From an uncultured Anaerolineae bacterium (GTDB taxonomy: Bacteria; Chloroflexota; Anaerolineae; Fen-1058): a stretch of 64,000 bases of DNA. The stretch covers positions 2,421 through 66,420 of the forward strand of contig CAYGWJ010000121.1 of NCBI GenBank assembly GCA_964353405.1. The letters are read 5' to 3'. Shown piece after piece: positions 9,934 to 18,001 of this stretch. The first letter of the stretch is position 1, and every line of letters begins with the position of its first letter. Below the pieces are notes generated by a model. It worked only from the letters and a program-made list of their open reading frames with translations, was not told the DNA's origin and did no database searches. A program made the translations under genes and the position numbers.

Positions 9934-9940
9934 AGAGCCT

Positions 9941-10510
9941 CTACTTTGCCAGCGCCTTGTCCAGTTCGGCCACCAGTTCGGCTTCGCTCATCGGCGCGAT
10001 CTTGAACAATACAATGTTGCCCTGGCGATCCACCAAAAAAGATTCCGGCACGCCCTGGATGTGATACTTGGGCGAAATCTTGGTGCCCAAGTCAGGGCCA
10101 TTCAGGTACGTTACGCCAAACTTTTTGAGATAGTCGAGTGCTGCCGGTTCGGTGTCCACATAGTCAATACCCAGGAACACAACGCCCTTGTCGCGATATT
10201 GCCGCCAGACCTTTTCCAGTGCGGGCTGTTCTTCAGCACACGGCACGCACCAACTGGCCCAAAAGTTGATAAACACCACCTTGCCGCGCAAGACAGACAA
10301 CTTGACCTCCGGCTGGCCCGAACCGCCATCGTAGCCAGGATACACCTTGAGCGTAAAATCGGGCGCGATGCCGGACTTGGGCTGCGAGGCATTCCGCGCG
10401 CGCAGTTGGAGTGCCAGCACAATCACCAGGCCGACGACGCCCAACAACGCAACGGCGCGCCAGATCGAGCTGACTGTCTTTCTAGATGTAATCACGGCTG
10501 TTCCACTCAT
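9941..10510 (-). CDS. ccmG: Thiol:disulfide interchange protein CcmG/ResA/TlpA family (thioredoxin-like)
   Basis: WASWCVPCAEE active site, an N-terminal membrane anchor, and the TlpA-like fold sequence. Confidence 0.8.
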   Translation of the reverse strand: MSGTAVITSRKTVSSIWRAVALLGVVGLVIVLALQLRARNASQPKSGIAPDFTLKVYPGYDGGSGQPEVKLSVLRGKVVFINFWASWCVPCAEEQPALEKVWRQYRDKGVVFLGIDYVDTEPAALDYLKKFGVTYLNGPDLGTKISPKYHIQGVPESFLVDRQGNIVLFKIAPMSEAELVAELDKALAK

Positions 10511-10980
10511 CGCATTTCCTCAAGCTCGCGTTCCAATCGCTGGCGGTATTCATCCGCCGAATCGGGCACGGCCGGCGTTTCTACTTTCACCCTGGAAGGT
10601 TGAGCCGTCATGCGCCGCAAGACGACGACCAGAATCGCCACGCCCGCGATCAGCCCCACGATGGGCAAAATCCACACCAGCCCGGTAAAGCCTCCGCGCG
10701 GAGGCTCTTGCAGCACGCGGTCGCCATAGGTGGCCTGAAAGTAATTGATGATCTGCTGCGGCGTTTCACCGGTCGAGAGTTTTTGCCGGATCAGGTCACG
10801 CCACTGCGAGCACGCCTGCGTCTCGCACACGTCCAGCGGCACGTTCTCGCACACCGGGCAGTTGAGCTTTTTGGCGACCGCGTTCACCTGGTCATCCGTC
10901 ACCTGCCGGCCCTGCGCGGCGGCGATGCCGGCGACGAGCAAACTCGTCAACACGGCTGCCAGCAAAACGAACCCCCACAC
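10507..10980 (-). CDS. ccmH: Cytochrome c-type biogenesis protein CcmH (CycL/NrfF family)
   Basis: Signal peptide, an LNCPVCENVPLDVCETQAC motif corresponding to the CcmH LRCxxC thiol motif, a C-terminal TM helix and a tail reading ADEYRQRLERELEEM. Confidence 0.7.
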   Translation of the reverse strand: MWGFVLLAAVLTSLLVAGIAAAQGRQVTDDQVNAVAKKLNCPVCENVPLDVCETQACSQWRDLIRQKLSTGETPQQIINYFQATYGDRVLQEPPRGGFTGLVWILPIVGLIAGVAILVVVLRRMTAQPSRVKVETPAVPDSADEYRQRLERELEEMR

Positions 10981-11092
10981 TGTTTTGCGTGATGCGTGCC
11001 ATGTGCTGCGTGCTACGTGATGCGCGCTTCTCGTGTGACCTGGGCTCTGCGACTTGCATCCTGCCTCTTGCCTCTTGCATCTTGCTACCTCG

Positions 11093-13216
11093 TTATGCCT
11101 GTGCGGCTTTTAACGCTCTGCGCTCCACACTCAACGCTTTGCGCTCTTCGGCGGCATCCGGCCATGCGGCTACCAGCGTGCCCAGGATAAACACCAGCCC
11201 ACCCAGCCACAGCCAGTTGACCAACGGATTGATGAACACCTTGAACGTCGCCAGCGAACCGTCACTTTCCCAACCGCCCAACAGAACGTACAGGTCTTCT
11301 TTCATCGAGCTGAGCAGCGCGGGCGGCGTCATCCGCTCTCCGTTTGTGTATTGCTCCTGGTAGGGACGCATCGTCGTCAGGAGCTTGCCATTCTGCGAAA
11401 CCTCCACGCGCGCCGAGACAATGATCTTGTCCGCCTGGCCCGAAGGCACCAACTCTAACTGCCGAAACGTGATCTGGTACCCGCCGATGGACAGCGACCG
11501 GCCGACGGACAGCGCCTGTTGCGTCTCTTGCTGATACAGATGCGTCCCAAGGATGCCCACACCCATCAGTACGATGCCGGCATGCACCAGGTAACCTCCA
11601 TAGCGCCGCCGATTGCGCCCGATGAGATTCCACAGCGCAACCGGCCAGCTTTCACCCGTGGACTTGTGCCGCGCGCGCACGCCGCGCGCGTACTCTGCCA
11701 CGATGATCACGCCCGCATAGATCACCAGCGCAAAGCCCAACAAAGCCGCCCAGTTGTGAATGCCCAGCACATAGATGATGACCACGGCCACCAGCGTGGC
11801 CGGGCCGGGGAGGTAAAGCGCGCTCTTGCCCAGCGCCTGAGGCGAAGCCGCTCGCCACGAAATGAGCGGCGCAATCCCCATCAGCAGCACAAGCGGAACG
11901 AGCAATGGACCCACCACGCTCTGATAGTACGGCGCGCCCACCGTGATCTTGTTGTCGGTGAACAACTCGGAGAAAATCGGAAAGTACGTGCCGATGGCAA
12001 CCGCCAGATTGACGATGAGGAACAAGGCATTCTGCGCGATAAAGGCCGCCTCGCGCGAAAGCAGACTATCGAGCTTGTTCTCGCTCTTGAGATCGTCCAG
12101 CCGAGCCAGCAGCAAACCGATCGAGCCGACCAGCATCACGCCCGTGAAGGCGAGGAACGGCACGCCGATGGACGAGCGGGCGAACGAGTGCACCGACGAG
12201 ATGACACCCGTGCGGGTGATGAACGTGCCGAGGATAACCTGCGCGAAGGTGAGAATGATGAGGAACATGTTCCACGTCTTGAACATCCCGCGCTTTTCCT
12301 GGATCATCACCGAATGCAAAAACGCCGTGCCGGAAATCCACGGCATGAGCGCGGCATTTTCGACCGCGTCCCAGCCCCAATAGCCGCCCCAGCCCAACAC
12401 GTCATACGCCCAACGCATTCCCAGCAAAAGACCGATGCCGAGAAACAACCAGGCCATCAATGTCCAGCGGCGCGTGGTGCGAATCCAGGCATCATTCGTC
12501 TTGCCGGTGATGAGCGCCGCCATTGCAAACGAATACGGGATCGTGAATCCGACAAATCCGAGGTACAGGAAGGGCGGGTGCGCGATCATGCCAGGATGAC
12601 GCAAGAGTGGAGCAAGTCCTTGTCCATCCAGAGGCGTATACGGCAGTGAGCCAAGCGGCGCGAACAAAGTCTGTGCGATACCCGAAAAGCCGATGCTGCT
12701 CAAAGTGCTGAACAAGCCGCTGGCGCCCAAGACGGCGCCGACAATGTCGCCCGTTGGCGTTTGCCACAACTTGGCAAAGGGATTCGCAAACAACACGACC
12801 AACGCGATAAAGAACGCTTGCGTGATTTCGGCGACGGCGATGACGTAAGCCATCAGGTCGCGGTTCTTGTCCCACTTGCGCGCCATCACACCCGCGACGA
12901 ACATTGACATCAACCACGACCAGAACAACAGCGATCCATTTTGTCCGCCCCATAAAGCCGTGATCTTTAATATCGCGGGCGTAGAAATACTGGTCACATG
13001 CGCGGTGTACTCGAGGCGGAAATTATTGGTGAGATTAGAGTAGATGATCAACAGTGCGGACAGCGTCAACAATGGAGTGATCACCAGCACTGCGTTGCGT
13101 GCGCTCTTGACCCAATCTTCCCGATGGCTCCGCGCGCCGTGTATCGCCGCCGCGATGGCGTAAACGCTTGCCACCAAAGCCAACAAGAGCGAAATCAATC
13201 CAATGTCGGTTATCAT
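11093..13216 (-). CDS. ccmF: Cytochrome c haem lyase subunit CcmF
   Basis: 707 aa polytopic protein with the WWD motif WGGYWGWDAVENAALMPW and conserved His residues. Confidence 0.9.
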   Translation of the reverse strand: MITDIGLISLLLALVASVYAIAAAIHGARSHREDWVKSARNAVLVITPLLTLSALLIIYSNLTNNFRLEYTAHVTSISTPAILKITALWGGQNGSLLFWSWLMSMFVAGVMARKWDKNRDLMAYVIAVAEITQAFFIALVVLFANPFAKLWQTPTGDIVGAVLGASGLFSTLSSIGFSGIAQTLFAPLGSLPYTPLDGQGLAPLLRHPGMIAHPPFLYLGFVGFTIPYSFAMAALITGKTNDAWIRTTRRWTLMAWLFLGIGLLLGMRWAYDVLGWGGYWGWDAVENAALMPWISGTAFLHSVMIQEKRGMFKTWNMFLIILTFAQVILGTFITRTGVISSVHSFARSSIGVPFLAFTGVMLVGSIGLLLARLDDLKSENKLDSLLSREAAFIAQNALFLIVNLAVAIGTYFPIFSELFTDNKITVGAPYYQSVVGPLLVPLVLLMGIAPLISWRAASPQALGKSALYLPGPATLVAVVIIYVLGIHNWAALLGFALVIYAGVIIVAEYARGVRARHKSTGESWPVALWNLIGRNRRRYGGYLVHAGIVLMGVGILGTHLYQQETQQALSVGRSLSIGGYQITFRQLELVPSGQADKIIVSARVEVSQNGKLLTTMRPYQEQYTNGERMTPPALLSSMKEDLYVLLGGWESDGSLATFKVFINPLVNWLWLGGLVFILGTLVAAWPDAAEERKALSVERRALKAAQA

Positions 13217-13298
13217 TCACAGCCTCCACACAAACAAAAACGTAAAACGCCAAGAGCTGACCCTTGCGTTTTACGCTCCACATCGTACGGTTCTACAC

Positions 13299-13733
13299 TT
13301 ATTTGCTGGCCGGTGTCGGAGTGGGGAGTTGGTCTTCGTAACGAGTAGGACACTTGAGCAGCAAGTTGCTGGCGACAAAGGTCCCATCAGAGTTGAGCTT
13401 GCCCTCGGCAATCGCCTGGGCCTCGTGCTGCAACAGGTCCGGCTTGGGGCCGGTGTAGAGAATCTTGAGCGAGTCCACCTTGACCGTTGAGTTCAGCTCT
13501 TCGTGAGTGTCCACGATATTGAAGGACAGTCTGGAAGCCTGCGGGTTGTAGGCAATCGTGTCGCCCATCACAAAGCCGGATACGCGCAAGCTGCGGCCCG
13601 TCATGGCCTGCCCCTTGTCGCGTACCTCTTTGACTGTGAGGTAATACTGGGCCGAGCTGGAAATACTTGACACAATCAAATAGACTACCGCGGCTGCCAC
13701 CACAATTCCACCGATCCAAAACTTGGCGCGCAT
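13299..13733 (-). CDS. ccmE: Cytochrome c haem chaperone CcmE, Cys variant (CxxxY instead of HxxxY)
   Basis: The likely start is MRAKFW at 13733, preceded by an AGGAGG Shine-Dalgarno. The protein has a single N-terminal TM and an OB-fold sequence. The haem-binding motif reads LLLKCPTRYEDQ. Confidence 0.8.
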   Translation of the reverse strand: MRAKFWIGGIVVAAAVVYLIVSSISSSAQYYLTVKEVRDKGQAMTGRSLRVSGFVMGDTIAYNPQASRLSFNIVDTHEELNSTVKVDSLKILYTGPKPDLLQHEAQAIAEGKLNSDGTFVASNLLLKCPTRYEDQLPTPTPASK

Positions 13734-13862
13734 AAGCCTCCTGCTAATGTGACCCATCACTTGCCGCAAGTTGCGGAAATCACATTGACTATACCACATC
13801 GGCAAACCTGTGTCAAAATGCTATTGTGACGGTTGACATCCCGGCCAATCTGCCTAGTTCAA

Positions 13863-13975
13863 ATGGGGGAACACCCCCATAAACTACGCATAAACATGAT
13901 ATATGTCACATCTTGTCACGTCAAATGTCACTTGGAATAGTGAATTCCGGTGCTATAATGGGGGCATTCCCCCAT
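13863..13975. promoter_or_regulatory. Divergent control region with two palindromes and a sigma70-like promoter driving rightward transcription
   Basis: Palindrome ATGGGGGAACACCCCCAT at 13863-13880 and ATGGGGGCATTCCCCCAT at 13958-13975. The promoter is TTGGAA (13932-13937), a 16-nt spacer, then TATAAT (13954-13959). The second palindrome overlaps the -10 box. Three TGTCAC direct repeats lie at 13904, 13914 and 13926. Confidence 0.5.
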
Positions 13976-14241
13976 AGGCATGGGGGTAAACCACGTACGC
14001 ACACGTAGTTTACTCGGTTAGATTCCCTGCAAACTGGGGAAAGCAACCGGTCTGGTGGACGCGGGTTGCAAATTGATGATAAAGGTGGCAAAACGTATGA
14101 CAAGAGGTTTGCCAGTCGTATGTCATGTTGGCGACTAGCAAACCAAAGGCAAGCCGAGTTTCTACGTTTCGGGGCGAAAGTCGCCCCCCTTTGTCTTCCG
14201 CACCAAACTATTGATTCAACCTGAAAAGGAAGGAAAGAAAA

Positions 14242-16536
14242 ATGAGACGCTATGCACTACCAGTGGGGATCGCCCTGTGCGTCGTCGGCCTGCTCGTCGT
14301 CCTGGCGGCCTGCGCCACGCCCACGCCCCCCCCTCCGCAAATCGTCAAAGAGACGGTCGTCGTCACCAAGGTCGTCGAGCCGACCAAGGCGCCGGCCGTC
14401 GCCGCAACGCTCGACCTGACAGCAAGCAAAAAGTCGCCCACGCTGCCATTCCTGGCTGACTGGCAGAAAGCGGGCCACTCTGATCCCACCGCAGAAGCCT
14501 TCAACCACTGGCCAACGGGTGGCGTGCCCACTGACTGCGCCAAGTGCCATACCTCTGAGGGATACCGCGAATTCGTCACCACCGGCAAGATCGAGAAGCC
14601 GATCCAGAACAGCGGCAGCTTGATCGACTGTGTCGCCTGCCACAACAGCGGCACGATGGATAAGACCAGTGTAAAGTTCCCCTCTGGCGCGACACTCAAG
14701 AACCTTGGCGCCGAAGCCCGCTGTATGGAATGCCACCAGGGCCGCGAGTCCACAGTCAGCGTGAACAACGTCATCTCCAACACCTTCAAGCTCAAGGATG
14801 CGGACGATGACACGGTTGTGAAACCGCTCGTGACAACGGACGCCGCTGGCAAAACCGTCACCACGACCTTCGGCTTCCGCAACATCCACTATTTCGCGGC
14901 TGCAGCCACGCAATATGGCACCCTGGCCAAGGGCGGTTACGAATACAAAGGCCAGTCGTATGACAGCAAGTTCCAACATCCTGAGCCGTATGACACCTGT
15001 GTGGGCTGCCACAACCAGCACACGTTGGAGTTGAAGCTGAAGGAATGCGCCACCTGCCATACTGGCGTCACCAAAGTCGAGGACATCGCCAAGATCCGCA
15101 TGAACGGCTCGCTAATGGACTATGACGGCGACGGCAATGCGAAGGAAGGGATCGCCGAGGAGTTGGCGGGCCTGCAGGAAAAACTGCTCGCCGCCATCCA
15201 GGCGTATGCCAAGGAAGTCGGCAAGGCCGACATCGCCTACAGCTCAACGGCTTACCCGTACTTTTTGGCGGACAAGAATGGCAACGGCAAGGCCGATGCT
15301 GATGAGACGGGAGTGTACACCGCCTGGACCCCGCGTCTGCTGAAGGCTACCTACAACTACCAGGTCGCCAGCAAGGATCCTGGCAAGCTGGCGCACAACG
15401 CCAAGTACGTCATCCAGTTGATGCACGATTCGATCGCGGATCTGAACACCAAGCTGGCCAAGCCGGTGGACATCGCGAAGGCAGTACGCAATGATGCCGG
15501 CCACTTTGATGGCACCGCTATGGCGTTCCGCGATTGGGATGCGGAGGGCGAGGTTCCGGCGGGCTGCGCCAAGTGCCACAGCGCCAAGGGCCTGCCTGAA
15601 TTCCTGGAGAGCGGCGGCACAGTCGCTGTGACGGCCGCCGGCTCGATCGTGACGACCGGCGTCGGCCCACAGGAAACCGCCAACGGTTTCGCCTGCACCA
15701 CCTGCCACAGCGACCTGACCAAGTTCACGGTGCGCCCGGTGGTGAATGTGCCGTTCCCCAGCGGCAAGAGCCTCACCTTCAGCAAGGAGAAGGATGACAA
15801 GGGCGCGCTCAAGCCAGTGGCTGCCAACCTGTGCCTGGAATGCCACCAGGGCCGCCAGTCCACGGCCGCCGTCAATACCAGGATCAAGGGCATTGACGAA
15901 GACAAAGTGGATGCCAAGGCCGCCTTCGCCAATGTGCACTACTTTGCCGCGGGCGCCACGCTCTTCGGCGATGCTGCGCAGGTCGCCTACCAGTATGATG
16001 GCAAAAAGTACGCCGGCCAGAATGCGCATGCGCCTGGCTTCGACACCTGCACCGGCTGCCACAGCACGCACGAACTCGGGGTCAAGATGGACAAGTGCGT
16101 GACCTGCCATGCCGGCGTCAAGACGCCCCAAGACATCCGCATGAACGCCAAGGATTTCGATGGCGACAAGGATGTGAAAGAAGGCATCTCGGCCGAGGTG
16201 ATGGCGCTAGAAGACAAGCTGTACGCGGCGATCATTGACTACAGCAAGACACTCACCAAGACAGCGATCGCCTACAACTCGGGCGCCAATCCGTACTTCT
16301 TCGTTGACACGAATGGCGATGGCAAGGCCGATGCGAAGGAGGCCGTGAGCGCCAATCGCTGGGCGGATTGGACGCCGCGCCTTCTCAAGGCCGCCTACAA
16401 CTACCAGTACGTCCAGAAGGATCCGGGCGCCTTTGCGCACAACCCCAAGTACGCCATCCAGATCCTCTACGATGCGCTGGAGGATCTCGGCAAGAAGGTC
16501 AAGGTGAACATGACGGGCCTGGCGCGGCCAGAGTAA
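14242..16536 (+). CDS. Decahaem c-type cytochrome lipoprotein with internal two-fold duplication
   Basis: Lipobox LAAC. Ten CXXCH motifs: CAKCH, CVACH, CMECH, CVGCH, CATCH, CAKCH, CTTCH, CLECH, CTGCH and CVTCH. The two halves align (...NGNGKADADETGVYTAWTPRLLKATYNYQ... against ...NGDGKADAKEAVSANRWADWTPRLLKAAYNYQ...). Confidence 0.85.
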   Translation: MRRYALPVGIALCVVGLLVVLAACATPTPPPPQIVKETVVVTKVVEPTKAPAVAATLDLTASKKSPTLPFLADWQKAGHSDPTAEAFNHWPTGGVPTDCAKCHTSEGYREFVTTGKIEKPIQNSGSLIDCVACHNSGTMDKTSVKFPSGATLKNLGAEARCMECHQGRESTVSVNNVISNTFKLKDADDDTVVKPLVTTDAAGKTVTTTFGFRNIHYFAAAATQYGTLAKGGYEYKGQSYDSKFQHPEPYDTCVGCHNQHTLELKLKECATCHTGVTKVEDIAKIRMNGSLMDYDGDGNAKEGIAEELAGLQEKLLAAIQAYAKEVGKADIAYSSTAYPYFLADKNGNGKADADETGVYTAWTPRLLKATYNYQVASKDPGKLAHNAKYVIQLMHDSIADLNTKLAKPVDIAKAVRNDAGHFDGTAMAFRDWDAEGEVPAGCAKCHSAKGLPEFLESGGTVAVTAAGSIVTTGVGPQETANGFACTTCHSDLTKFTVRPVVNVPFPSGKSLTFSKEKDDKGALKPVAANLCLECHQGRQSTAAVNTRIKGIDEDKVDAKAAFANVHYFAAGATLFGDAAQVAYQYDGKKYAGQNAHAPGFDTCTGCHSTHELGVKMDKCVTCHAGVKTPQDIRMNAKDFDGDKDVKEGISAEVMALEDKLYAAIIDYSKTLTKTAIAYNSGANPYFFVDTNGDGKADAKEAVSANRWADWTPRLLKAAYNYQYVQKDPGAFAHNPKYAIQILYDALEDLGKKVKVNMTGLARPE

Positions 16537-16848
16537 CTATCTGGAGTCTCGCTAGGGGGTAGACACCCGCTTTCCAGAGACACGGCTGCTCTCGCTCAAG
16601 GACCTCACCGGTAGCCTGGCGGTGGGCGCAACCGAGATGAAGTAAGTTCGTTTTTCGGGTGGTAAGGCAAGACGGGCCGGGGCTTTGTCCGGCCCGTCTT
16701 CCGGCAAGTCAGTCGTAATCGGGCGACAAGGTCGGCGCAGTGTCGCCTACAACATTCATCCCAGTTCGGATCACGCACTCATCTTGGGCCAGAGACTCTT
16801 GTTCTCTCTTTCACTCTGGCGAATCAAACCGAACGTAAGGAGACCAAC

Positions 16849-18000
16849 ATGATGGGACGCACTCGACGTCACATCCCAATCAGTCTGCTCGTCGCACTGA
16901 TGGCATTGGCTATCGCCGCACTCGTGTTCAGCACGGCCTCGGCCAGCGGGGCGAACGGCCCGGTCGCTTTGCCGACCATGCCGCCCACGCCGACGGGCGC
17001 GGATAACCAAAAGTGCCTGGCCTGCCACTCCAATCCGGCCCAGCAGATGAAGGCCGCCAACGGAGAGATCATCTCGCTCTACGTTGATCCAGACGCTCTC
17101 AAGAGCTCGGTGCATGGCGCCAAGAATGTGGCCTGTGTCCAGTGCCATAGCAACCTCTCAGGCTATCCGCACCCGGAGTACAAGCCAGCCGACCGGCGGC
17201 AAGTAACACTTGATCTCTACCAAGCCTGTAAACAATGCCACGGCGACAACTATCAAAAGACGTTGGACAGCGTTCACCAGAAAGCACTCGCTTCGGGCAA
17301 CCGCCTGGGCGCGACCTGCGCCGACTGCCACGGCGCGCACGACGTCCGCCCGCCCGATCAGCCGCGCTGGCGCATCGCTCTGACGTGCAGCAAGTGCCAC
17401 GGTGCGATTTTTAACCAGTACAAGGACAGCGTGCATGGCTCGGCACTGCAACAGGACAACCCCGATGTGCCCAGTTGCGTGGACTGTCACGGCGTGCACA
17501 ACATTCCTGACCCGATGACGCAGGCCTTCCGATTAAAGTCACCCACAGAGATGTGCGGCAAGTGCCACACCGATGCCAAACGCATGAGCAAATACAACAT
17601 CTCCACCGCCGTGCTCAATACCTACGTGGCCGACTTTCATGGCACCACCACCACGCTCTTCAAGAAGCAATCGCCTGACCAGGTTACAAACAAGCCCGTC
17701 TGTTTTGACTGCCACGGCGTGCACGAGATTGCCAACACCAAAGACCCCAAGGGCGGCCTGGCCATCAAGACCAACATGCTCAAAGCCTGCCAAAAATGCC
17801 ACCCGGACGCCACGACCGAAACCTTTGCCGCTTCGTGGACGAGCCATTACGAGCCTTCCCCGACCAGGTACCCGGTCGTCTACTATATTGACCTGTTCTA
17901 CAAGATTCTGATTCCGGCCGTGCTGGGCTTTATGATCTTGATGGTGCTCCTGGATGCTTTCTGGCGCATTCGCAATCGTTTTGCGGGGAAGGAGATCTAG
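16849..18000 (+). CDS. Nonahaem c-type cytochrome with a C-terminal membrane anchor
   Basis: Signal peptide. Nine CXXCH motifs (CLACH, CVQCH, CKQCH, CADCH, CSKCH, CVDCH, CGKCH, CFDCH, CQKCH). C-terminal TM helix ILIPAVLGFMILMVLL. Confidence 0.85.
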   Translation: MMGRTRRHIPISLLVALMALAIAALVFSTASASGANGPVALPTMPPTPTGADNQKCLACHSNPAQQMKAANGEIISLYVDPDALKSSVHGAKNVACVQCHSNLSGYPHPEYKPADRRQVTLDLYQACKQCHGDNYQKTLDSVHQKALASGNRLGATCADCHGAHDVRPPDQPRWRIALTCSKCHGAIFNQYKDSVHGSALQQDNPDVPSCVDCHGVHNIPDPMTQAFRLKSPTEMCGKCHTDAKRMSKYNISTAVLNTYVADFHGTTTTLFKKQSPDQVTNKPVCFDCHGVHEIANTKDPKGGLAIKTNMLKACQKCHPDATTETFAASWTSHYEPSPTRYPVVYYIDLFYKILIPAVLGFMILMVLLDAFWRIRNRFAGKEI

Positions 18001-18001
18001 C

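Noticed and set aside
11519-12649. 376-aa ORF on the plus strand, antisense to ccmF
   Set aside because: It lies entirely antisense to a confidently identified CcmF gene. The translation is Arg/His/Gln-rich low-complexity sequence typical of high-GC antisense frames, with no domain signature.
13990-14020. tRNA-like T-loop resemblance (cggttagattccc) in the intergenic region
   Set aside because: It has no acceptor or anticodon stem and no cloverleaf around it. It does not match the GGTTCGAATCC consensus.
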